Source of the DNA: Lytechinus pictus
Taxonomy: Eukaryota
Reading direction: 5' to 3'
Length of the DNA: 64,000 nt
Assembly: GCF_037042905.1 (NCBI RefSeq)
Contig: NC_087245.1
Location: 25,422,001-25,486,000, forward strand
Part shown: positions 55,401 through 64,000 of the stretch, in pieces
Position numbering within the stretch: the stretch's first letter is position 1
Layout of the letters: each line of letters starts with the position of its first letter
Made by a program: the position numbers and the translations under genes
The notes under the pieces: generated by a model
The model's input: only the letters and a program-made list of their open reading frames with translations
Databases searched by the model: none
What the model was told of the DNA's origin: nothing

Positions 55401-58400
55401 TCATAAAAAATGTAAATAGCATATTAGCATTTAAAACCCACACTCGGTATAAAAACGGACACACTTGCAAACAAATTGTACGTCTTATCAAGTGAAACGT
55501 AGCGATTTGGACCCAAATACGATATACAATAAATTATAACAGTGAAAGTGGTCATGTGGGCGATTGTGCGTCGCCACCGAGCTCGGAAAGCGTCTCTCAA
55601 TAGGATTCTAGTGAAGAGACATTTGTTGCCTTGCTACTGGTATAACTTTTGAGAATTTCAAACATATCATTTTTATATCAATTTCTGCGAGTAGGGGCTG
55701 GGATGTAAAGCAGAATCCGTATTTTTTCTTGTTCTTTCTCTTTTTTTTCAGTTTTGCCACCTCTAACTTTTTTTTTGCTCGCCTATCAACGAGGGGGCGG
55801 GGGGCATCATTCTCTGTACACCCGAGCTATGTAAGCGTTCCATTTACATTATAACCGTAAGTAAACCCAGTCCGAACTATACTTACTATATTCTGTTCGT
55901 AAATCTACGAATTCTATCCGGACCCGATATTCATCAGGAGCGATGGCAACCCAATACTGTCTGCTCATATCCTCATAATTATCCGGATAACCGGGCGATG
56001 TTAGCTCGGTTATTTGTTCTGTCTTGAGATAAACTGTTGAAATAACAAAGACAAACATAGTATACTTGTTTTTTTTTCTTGACCTCTTACCGGAATTTGA
56101 AAACTCGGTTGATCTAATTAAAATATCATTATATCATGGTCGTACCCAACGCCACACGTATGTGGGTCATGCTTAAACTTGATCGAAATTCGTTTAATTG
56201 GTTCAGGAACGATGTATATATTTTTTGGCTATACTTTTACAGCATGCATAACAAAATATGAATTGATATAATATGATGTTACATTGATGATAATAATAAT
56301 ACATGATAGGAACTATTAAGCATAAACAAAATAGGTTTCAAATGCAGAATCCCTTAAAAAAAATCGTAGGTAAGTAATTCGTTGGACTAAAACATGGCTC
56401 GAAATAAGCATTCATAAATACCAGAATAAAAACTGAATAAAAAAAATAACAATGCCCCTATAGCATATGAAGATATACACACCATTTGCAAATAAAATCA
56501 AGAACATCATCGTGCACCTAAATTATGATGATTACTTTAAAGAAATATTATTCACAGTATTCAAAGAGCAACAATTCCTTCATAAATTATTATTCTTGAA
56601 TGATAAAATATTGTTACAAATTCGTATTTAAAGGTTGTGAATTCCAAATGTTAGGCCATTATAAACGTTTCATTATAAACGTCAACTTTAAAATACTGCT
56701 ACTAATACAATATACTATTTCTATTTGATCCGCCATTACTATTACCATGGCTTATATGTGGCTAATTCACGGGCTGATTTTATAACACCAAAATAAACTG
56801 TCATTGTGCACTGAAAGTTGCGTTAATGTATGAATTCATGACCCTTCGAGATTTTTTAAGTAGATTTTTAATGAAAGGAAGATGAAAGTGAAATTCGAAC
56901 TGTTCATTTTATCTATGTGCATGAAAAAGTACTATTATATACTAGATATGTGTTGACTGTTTTTTTTACTCTTGTTTTGTGCACACATGTTGACCCTGAA
57001 CTTACCTTTATTCAAGCTGTCTCATATTTCCGAACCAAAATATTAACATGTTAGCCGATTTCAATGTAGCGTGTTTCCTTACCGGAATAAGAGATTTGTC
57101 GTTATTTCTTTATAAAAAAGGATACTCCCCAAAACAAGGAACACCCATAAAAAAGTAAATAGTACAATATCCACAGTTCTCAACGTTGTCGAAGTTTTAA
57201 TGGTATATTTTAAAGAGTGAAGCATAGCATTTATTGCTGTTTTTTCAATGGTTTGCTTAGTCATCCAATATATTAAAATCATTCCGTTGTGTTTGATAAA
57301 ATAATTCAATTGATGACGACACATTTTGTAATATGTTTATTATCATATCTAAAACAATAAGAAACGGGTCCCTGGGTCGGAAGCACGGTGAATAAAGACT
57401 ATGCTTTTTTTTGAGCGAAAAAGAAATGAGATGTCTGTTGTGCATTAAAGAAGGGAGTATCATACATGGAAAAGCGAATAAAAATAAGAATGCAAATCAT
57501 GAATTAACATAAACCAATACGCTTTTTTTTCGTGTTCTCTCCTTTTTAATACCGCCTATATCGTGATATAGGCATATCCGAAATGCCATTCCCAATTTTG
57601 AAATGCATCATTTGTTTTATATAAAACCTTACATGCAAATGTTCTTACTTGCTTCTTTAATTAGATCTGGTTCGTCATTTTCCTCTCCTGTATTTGAGTT
57701 TACCCTGGTTCCTGAATGAATACAAGTTAATGACATACACTACTCAAAAAAAGTTAAGGACCACTTTTTAAAACGTACATAAAGATTTTATACAAGGTGT
57801 TTTATTTCTGGAAATACCTCAGTACAACTGTCCTAAATGTCCTTAAACACGCTGTAATCAATTTCACGCATGGGTGGTTTCAGTTGTTGCACAATGTCTC
57901 TCGCATCACTGCACATCCTGAAAAGTGGGCCCCGAGGGGTATCAGCTACCGACATGAAGTGGTAAAAACGAATGTCTGAGTGTCTTTCAGGCAGTTCAGT
58001 AACGAGTGTGACCACCTCCTGCAGCAATAACGGCTTCACAGCGCTGTCTCATGGAGCTGATGAGGCGATTGATGTCTCTGACGTCCAGTGCATCCCATGC
58101 AGCCTCCAGAGCCACACCCAGCTGCTGCAGTCCAAGTGGATGGGCTTCGAGCTGCTCGAGACTCCTCCCCATCATGTCCCAGACGTGCTCTATCGGGTTT
58201 AAGTCCGGGGACCTCGCTGGCCACTCCATACGCTCAATCCCCTGGCCCTCAAGGAACTCGGTCACCACCCTAGCTCGGTGGGCACGGGCATTGTCATCCA
58301 TGAAAATGATGTTTTGTCCCACATTTTCTGCAAATGGCACCACTATAGGTTCAAGGACCTCATCCCTGTACCTCACTCATGTCATTGCTCCCCCTGGGAC

Positions 58401-61400
58401 CACGTAGAGACGAGTACGGTTGGCGTAGGTGATGCCTCCCCACACCATGACGCTGCCTCCCCCATAACGGTCATGTTCTGCAATACAGGGGTCTGCAAAT
58501 CTCTCTCCTGGTCGCCTCCAGACTCTCGAACGTCCATCATTGTGGTCAAGGGAAAATCTGCTCTCATCTGTGAACAGAACTCTACGCCATTGCTGTCTGG
58601 TCCATCTGACATGCTCCCGGGCCCAGTTGAGACGAATTCTTCTGTGAGCAGGGGTGAGTGGGACACACTGAGCTGGCCGTCTGGCATGCATATTGGCTCT
58701 GTGAAGTCGGTTACGGATTGTTTGAGTGGAAACAATCACTCCAGTTGCTGCAGCGAAGTCATTGTTGAGGCGGCGTGCACTGTGAAAGCGGTTGCGGAGG
58801 CTGAGATTCGTCAAGTAGCGATCATCTCTAGGGGTTGTCGAAACTGGTCGGCCACTGCGGGGTCTCTCGGAGTATAGCCCTGTCTCTCGGTGTCTTTGAT
58901 TTGCTCTGCTAATGACACTGTGTGACACGCCCATCATTCTGGCTACTCTTCGCTGACTGAGGCCAGCTTCCAGCATCCCTAGGGCTCTGGCTACATCTGT
59001 TTCACTTAGGTGGTGTCTTGGCATTGCTGTTGTAGGCAAGTTGGAAGCTGGCCTCAGTCAGCGAAGAGTAGCCAGAATGATGGGCGTGTCACACAGTGTC
59101 ATTAGCAGAGCAAATCAAAGACACCGAGAGACAGGGCTATACTCCGAGAGACCCCGCAGTGGCCGACCAGTTTCGACAACCCCTAGAGATGATCGCTACT
59201 TGACGAATCTCAGCCTCCGCAACCGCTTTCACAGTGCACGCCGCCTCAACAATGACTTCGCTGCAGCAACTGGAGTGATTGTTTCCACTCAAACAATCCG
59301 TAACCGACTTCACAGAGCCAATATGCATGCCAGACGGCCAGCTCAGTGTGTCCCACTCACCCCTGCTCACAGAAGAATTCGTCTCAACTGGGCCCGGGAG
59401 CATGTCAGATGGACCAGACAGCAATGGCGTAGAGTTCTGTTCACAGATGAGAGCAGATTTTCCCTTGACCACAATGATGGACGTTCGAGAGTCTGGAGGC
59501 GACCAGGAGAGAGATTTGCAGACCCCTGTATTGCAGAACATGACCGTTATGGGGGAGGCAGCGTCATGGTGTGGGGAGGCATCACCTACGCCAACCGTAC
59601 TCGTCTCTACGTGGTCCCAGGGGGAGCAATGACAGGAGTGAGGTACAGGGATGAGGTCCTTGAACCTATAGTGGTGCCATTTGCAGAAAATGTGGGACAA
59701 AACATCATTTTCATGGATGACAATGCCCGTGCCCACCGAGCTAGGGTGGTGACCGAGTTCCTCGAGGGCCAGGGGATTGAGCGTATGGAGTGGCCAGCGA
59801 GGTCCCCGGACTTAAACCCGATAGAGCACGTCTGGGACATGATGGGGAGGAGTCTCGAGCAGCTCGAAGCCCATCCACTTGGACTGCAGCAGCTGGGTGT
59901 GGCTCTGGAGGCTGCATGGGATGCACTGGACGTCAGAGACATCAATCGCCTCATCAGCTCCATGAGACAGCGCTGTGAAGCCGTTATTGCTGCAGGAGGT
60001 GGTCACACTCGTTACTGAACTGCCTGAAAGACACTCAGACATTCGTTTTTACCACTTCATGTCGGTAGCTGATACCCCTCGGGGCCCACTTTTCAGGATG
60101 TGCAGTGATGCGAGAGACATTGTGCAACAACTGAAACCACCCATGCGTGAAATTGATTACAGCGTGTTTAAGGACATTTAGGACAGTTGTACTGAGGTAT
60201 TTCCAGAAATAAAACACCTTGTATAAAATCTTTATGTACGTTTTAAAAAGTGGTCCTTAACTTTTTTTGAGTAGTGTATTAAACATCAGTCGAATTAAAA
60301 AAATAATTCAAAAAAACAAATTCAAACTTGAGGCCAGTTGTGGAAAGATTTGTAATCGAACACAACTGAACAGAAAATTAAAACATATCTTGGTTTTCAT
60401 TTATTTGAGATTGCGAATATATGACTTTGGCTTATTTGTGTTTAACGCAACGCTTTCTACAAGAAGCGTCTACATGTTACAAATTCCCGGATTTCAATAA
60501 AGTGCCATGACATAGGCGGATCCAGCTTTTGGCGAAAGGGGGGAGGGGGCGCACTGCCGAGCGGCGCACATATTTTTGCACTTCACCGGCGCCATAAAAG
60601 AAAATGTTGAAAAAGGGGTAAAGTCTGACCCTGTCAAATGCTCTTTTAAAAATGTAGGATTTCCAGTCATGCCATTTTGCATGACCACACGCAGATAATA
60701 TTTTCGGGGGGGGGGGGCAAGACTCGAAAATTTGGTGCACATCTCACATTTGCACATTTTTCATAGTTTTCATGAAATGTTAAGGAAAAAAATTGTTTTT
60801 CACAACAGCAGATCGCGAATATGCCCTTCCTCCTTGCTGCGTACGACCATTCCCTGAAGTCCACTTAAACATATCTCATTATAACAGAAATATACATCAA
60901 TTTAAACATATATTCTTTCTAAAACATATATAGAGAGAGATTGAAAAACTTATTAAAGAAAGAAACAAACAAAAGTAACACAAATTATGCATGTTATGTG
61001 CGATTTCAAAATCTCGTGTATTAACCCTTTTATTGCGATGAGGCCAATACTTTTGTATATTAATAGAGATACAAGTTTTTTTTTACTATATGTATATATA
61101 TATATATACACAGGGGCGTCGTTCCTTTTTTTAAGATTTGGGGGGCAAAATCATGAATCAACTTTCCAAAGGAGCTCGATATCACACAAAACAAACAAAC
61201 TCACACAAACACACACACTTATGCATATATATATATATATATTTATTTATCTGACTCATGAGATAGAAACACATATCTCACCAACAAATTAATGCGAGCG
61301 CGAAGCGCGAGCTGAAATTTTTTAGTATACTGACCTGAAAACAGGAAAAGGTGCCTGTTTAGGACTGTTTGTAGTAACTCATGAGGAGGATACATATCTC

Positions 61401-63121
61401 ACTACACAGATAATGCGAGTGCCGAGGGTGAGCTGAAATTTCTTTATATTCTGACCAGAAAGCTTGATATTCTATGCATTTTTGGTACCAATGATTAAGA
61501 TGAGTATCTAAAAAAAACAATAGATGCGAGCGCGAAGCGCGAGCTTAAAATTTTGATCTGAAAAAAAAGACAATTTAATGGACGTTTGTAATAAAGAACA
61601 AGATTATATCCAGCAAAAGATTATTGCAAATCGAAGCGGGAGTTCTTTTGACGTTTAGTCCTGAAAAAGGGACATTCTATTCACCTATTTAATCATGAAA
61701 AGTATGGGGTTTCTACAGAAATGATGCGAGCGCGAACTGGTTGCGTAATTATACACTCCCGATACTAGCAACGGGTTTTAGCAAAGTTTTAACCAGGTGG
61801 TGCTGATTATTCTTGTCCGGCGCCGATTTAGATTTAGGTGGAGCTGATTATTTTTGATCGGCGCCGGTTAAGACTCAGGCAGCGCCGATTTATAAACATA
61901 TGTATGGCGCTGATTATTCTTGACCAGCCCCGATTTAGATATAGGTGGCGCTGATTATCCTTGATCGGCGCCGGTAACGAACTCAGGCAGCGCCAATTTT
62001 TCTTTTCCGGCGCCGATTTATAACCAGATGGCGCCGTTTATTCTTGCCCGGCGCCGATTTAGATTTAGGTGGAGCTGATTATTCTTGATCGGCGCCGGTT
62101 AAGACTCAGGCAGCGCCGATTTATAAACAAATAATAGGGGGGCGCGCGCCCCCTGCGCCACCCCCCTGGATCCGCCACTGCATGACTTAATTAAAGATTT
62201 AGAATCTAATATTTAAAAGTAATATCCTGCAAATTCCCCCTATATTAACCATGTTTGCCCCCTTAAAATGTCTGCCTCATTATGCCACTGTGTCGAAACA
62301 GTGTAATAGATAAGGAAGTACATTTCTATTTAGAAATGTATTTAGTCCTCAGTGTTGAAGTATATAACACAAGAAAGCTTAGGGATGTATTAACATTTGC
62401 TCGATTTAATCGGGTGTCAATTATTTTATAATTTGTTGATCAACAGCTGGTGTTGCAAATGACTTTTCCATAATTATTCGGTTTCTCAAACTGATTTCGC
62501 ACTATAACAAAACCGATTTCAAAACTGGTGTTGATCGATCCAACATATATTAAAAATAGTGCAATCGTTTGGTTCAGACTGTATAGTATGTTCCCTTTGC
62601 CAGAGAGTGAAGAGGTCCTACTTTAGGGACAAGGGGTCGTTTCAGAATGAGCCAAAGGTATGGTAAATCTGCCATTATGGATAATTTCCATGGTAACCAT
62701 GGTAACAATGCAGGGCTAAGCAGACAATCGCAATCAAGGTTCCCATGCATGGTAGTTACAACGTTGTCATAGATGCCATAGTTGTCTGGATTAGACCAAG
62801 TTAGATAAGACCAAATTAAAAGTATAGTAAACCAAGTGGCAATTACTATTGTTATATACATGGTAGATGAATATCTTACCGATTATAACCCCCACGATTA
62901 TTGCAATGGTTACCATGGTGATGAAGAAGACTGATAATCCGATCTTACATTCCCTGGATTGACATCGGTGGCCATTGTCCCCACCATTTCCCTTCTCTTC
63001 CACGAACTGCATCATCTCCCCAGAACTGAAGATTTGGAAGAGAAAGAAATGGGATGGAAAAGGAAAAATGTAATGAAGGAGGAAGAAATAATATATATAT
63101 ATATATATATATAAATTTATG

Positions 63122-63163
<42 letters not shown>

Positions 63164-63635
63164 AAGAGAGGGAGGGGTGGGGAGACGATGGGATGGACAG
63201 AGTTTCGGGAGAAGGATAGAGAAAGATAATGTGTACGTGAGAGGCGGGCGGAAGGGGTGCAGGGTCAAAATCAAACTTAGAATTGGATCATTAAAATTGA
63301 AAATAAAAATGTTGCTATTTTTGTTAATAATAATTACATCCAAGAAATGCCGAAACAAAATGCAGGTTGGTCAAAGCATCCGAAATTCTAGTCAACAATA
63401 TCATATCTCTCGCGGAAAATACTGTATCCCATACAAGATGAAAGAGATACTGGAATGTCTTTAGCATTTAGTTGATAAAGTTATTCCATTATTGAAAATA
63501 TAAATAACAATGCATCATACGTCACGAAAAAGCAATGTGATAAATAAGCACGCCAATGGAGGCGTTAGCAATGTCACAATACACAAGCTAAAAAATTAGT
63601 TTTTCTTACCTTTCCACATTTTCATTATCTGCCAT
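43324..63635 (-). CDS. Type II transmembrane serine protease: TM - CUB - 10x LDLa - S1 protease, 19 coding exons, 805 aa
   Basis: Minus-strand exons: 63610-63635, 62880-63025, 55887-56033, 54863-55048, 54086-54208, 52853-52957, 52332-52427, 51614-51724, 51029-51142, 50293-50400, 49703-49837, 49026-49190, 48288-48413, 47692-47775, 46795-46887, 46265-46346, 45390-45652, 44586-44731, 43324-43485. They total 2418 nt, all phases are compatible and there is no internal stop. Motifs K|ILGG, TAAHC, DVAL, GDSGGP. Confidence 0.92.
43608..43741. mobile_element. Harbinger-like MITE in the last intron
   Basis: Inverted termini GGGCCCGTTGCACAAAACTTTTGCCATAAAA / TTTTATGGCAAAAGTTTTATGCAACGGGTCC. Confidence 0.75.
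44586..44731 (-). CDS. Protease exon 18 (S1 pocket residue 189)
   Basis: [49 protein letters not shown]; not in the ORF track. Confidence 0.92.
45390..45652 (-). CDS. Protease exon 17 (catalytic Asp)
   Basis: ...[19 protein letters not shown]...VQPVCLP...VTGWGATGG. Confidence 0.93.
46265..46346 (-). CDS. Protease exon 16 (catalytic His), with GC donor
   Basis: [27 protein letters not shown]; ends AAG|GCAAGT. Confidence 0.9.
46795..46887 (-). CDS. Protease exon 15 (activation site)
   Basis: [37 protein letters not shown] donor. Confidence 0.92.
47692..47775 (-). CDS. Protease exon 14 (LDLa 10, truncated four-cysteine form)
   Basis: [28 protein letters not shown]. Confidence 0.85.
48288..48413 (-). 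CDS. Protease exon 13 (LDLa 9)
   Basis: [36 protein letters not shown]. Confidence 0.92.
49026..49190 (-). CDS. Protease exon 12 (LDLa 8 plus Ser/Thr-rich linker)
   Basis: [54 protein letters not shown]. Confidence 0.88.
49703..49837 (-). CDS. Protease exon 11 (LDLa 7)
   Basis: [38 protein letters not shown]. Confidence 0.9.
50293..50400 (-). CDS. Protease exon 10 (LDLa 6)
   Basis: [35 protein letters not shown]. Confidence 0.92.
51029..51142 (-). CDS. Protease exon 9 (LDLa 5)
   Basis: [37 protein letters not shown]. Confidence 0.92.
51614..51724 (-). CDS. Protease exon 8 (LDLa 4)
   Basis: [36 protein letters not shown]; not in the ORF track. Confidence 0.9.
52332..52427 (-). CDS. Protease exon 7 (LDLa 3, four-cysteine form)
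   Basis: [32 protein letters not shown]; not in the ORF track. Confidence 0.88.
52853..52957 (-). CDS. Protease exon 6 (LDLa 2)
   Basis: [34 protein letters not shown]; not in the ORF track. Confidence 0.9.
53670..53905 (+). mobile_element. LINE (L2/CR1-like) 3' end remnant
   Basis: Stem-loop GGAGCCCAC...GTGGGATTCTCC, T-rich UTR, AATAAA and a (TGAAA)n tail. Confidence 0.5.
54086..54208 (-). CDS. Protease exon 5 (LDLa 1)
   Basis: [36 protein letters not shown]. Confidence 0.9.
54863..55048 (-). CDS. Protease exon 4 (CUB, C-terminal half)
   Basis: NYDLVRIG...[37 protein letters not shown]. Confidence 0.9.
55887..56033 (-). CDS. Protease exon 3 (CUB, N-terminal half)
   Basis: [10 protein letters not shown]...[29 protein letters not shown] donor. 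Confidence 0.9.
57996..59024 (-). pseudogene. Tc1-like DD34E transposase, full-length frame (342 codons) with one nonsense mutation
   Basis: ATG at 59024 (MPRHHLSE...), motifs [18 protein letters not shown] and [14 protein letters not shown]>TGA at 58379-58377, after which the frame continues unchanged. Confidence 0.92.
59041..60018 (+). pseudogene. Tc1-like DD34E transposase, open frame but 5'-truncated (first 17 codons missing)
   Basis: 325 open codons starting at a junction TTG; D..D-34-E spacing intact. Confidence 0.9.
60511..62180. mobile_element. Composite non-autonomous DNA element with internal repeats
   Basis: CATGA|CATAGGCGGATCCAG ... CTGGATCCGCCACTG|CATGA. Internal GCGAGCGCGAAGCGCGAGC motifs and a GGCGCCG-rich repeat block at 61795-62130. 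Confidence 0.7.
62880..63025 (-). CDS. Protease exon 2 (cytoplasmic tail and transmembrane helix)
   Basis: [12 protein letters not shown]...[28 protein letters not shown] acceptor, G|GTAAG donor. Confidence 0.85.
63091..63162. repeat. Compound (TA)n(GT)n(TA)n microsatellite
   Basis: Read directly from the sequence. Confidence 0.9.
63610..63635 (-). CDS. Protease exon 1 (start, MADNENVE)
   Basis: CAACATGG start context; donor AAG|GTAAGA; phase 2 matches exon 2. Confidence 0.75.
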
Positions 63636-64000
63636 GTTGTCCCAAATCAGCTGTCCTTATCTCCGGATAAATCCTGGTATAGAAAAGTTGCCTCTCTACG
63701 GGAAGATCACCCGACCCGAACAAGGGCAGTGACACTGTCAACCCCAATTGCTCCGGGAATAGTTCAATCCACTCTCAAACGAGTAATGTCATGAACTAAA
63801 TGATGTGATTGAAAATGGTTAGCACGGAGAGACAAAGGGGGAACTTGACATTGGTGGTGACAGAACACGCCCGTGCAACTCTACTAGCGGTGCAAGACCA
63901 AATGGTAAATTAATTATCTACTTCCTAAACATAAATCAAATAAATAAAATTTAGTATACACAAACAAACTAGGTACAAATACAGATGGATGATCATGCAG

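Larger units (their letters stand above)
57738..60276. mobile_element. Fold-back (inverted-duplicated) Tc1-family transposon
   Basis: TA|CACTACTCAAAAAAAGTTAAGGACCAC ... GTGGTCCTTAACTTTTTTTGAGTAGTG|TA. Arms 57738-58972 and 59042-60276 are reverse complements; spacer 58973-59041. Confidence 0.97.

Noticed and set aside
55849..55886. Extension of CUB exon 3 through [12 protein letters not shown]
   Set aside because: It runs into a stop. The A|GTAAG donor at 55887 gives the canonical E-Y-N-Y-D junction with exon 4.
57797..60217. Many overlapping 60-199 aa ORFs around the transposase
   Set aside because: They are antisense or off-frame shadows of the GC-rich transposase frame, mirrored by the inverted duplication.
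57738..60276. Palindrome as a simple chimeric-read fold-back artefact
   Set aside because: The symmetry stops at the transposon termini and TA (plus one flanking base), the flanks are unrelated, host exons continue in phase on both sides, and the arms differ at a few sites. A misassembly of a repeat is still possible until spanning reads are checked.

Overview
AT-rich, repeat-dense animal genomic DNA. The SINE, MITE and Tsp-like repeat landscape suggests an echinoderm, probably a sea urchin (inference). The right third holds a complete minus-strand gene that I assembled by hand: 19 coding exons, 63635 to 43324, 2418 nt, 805 aa, all splice phases consistent. It encodes a type II transmembrane serine protease: short tail, TM helix, cysteine-free CUB domain, 10 LDL-receptor class A modules, and an S1 protease domain with an intact H/D/S triad but a non-tryptic Ser189 pocket. 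One of its introns has a GC donor. Intron 2 contains the most striking structure, a 2.5-kb fold-back Tc1 (DD34E) element. It is two near-identical 1235-bp 3' arms joined head to head around a 69-bp spacer and flanked by TA. One arm has the ATG but a nonsense codon; the other is open but lacks the ATG. The host pre-mRNA would therefore carry a ~1.2-kb transposase hairpin, resembling maize Mu killer. The left two-thirds has no recognisable protein domain apart from a CR1 LINE 3' remnant. It contains a strong minus-strand promoter with a non-coding first exon near 30 kb, weak candidate downstream exons, tRNA-derived SINEs, many MITEs, a Helentron/HINE-type element carrying ~157-bp tandem repeats, and a 33-bp minisatellite with higher-order structure.
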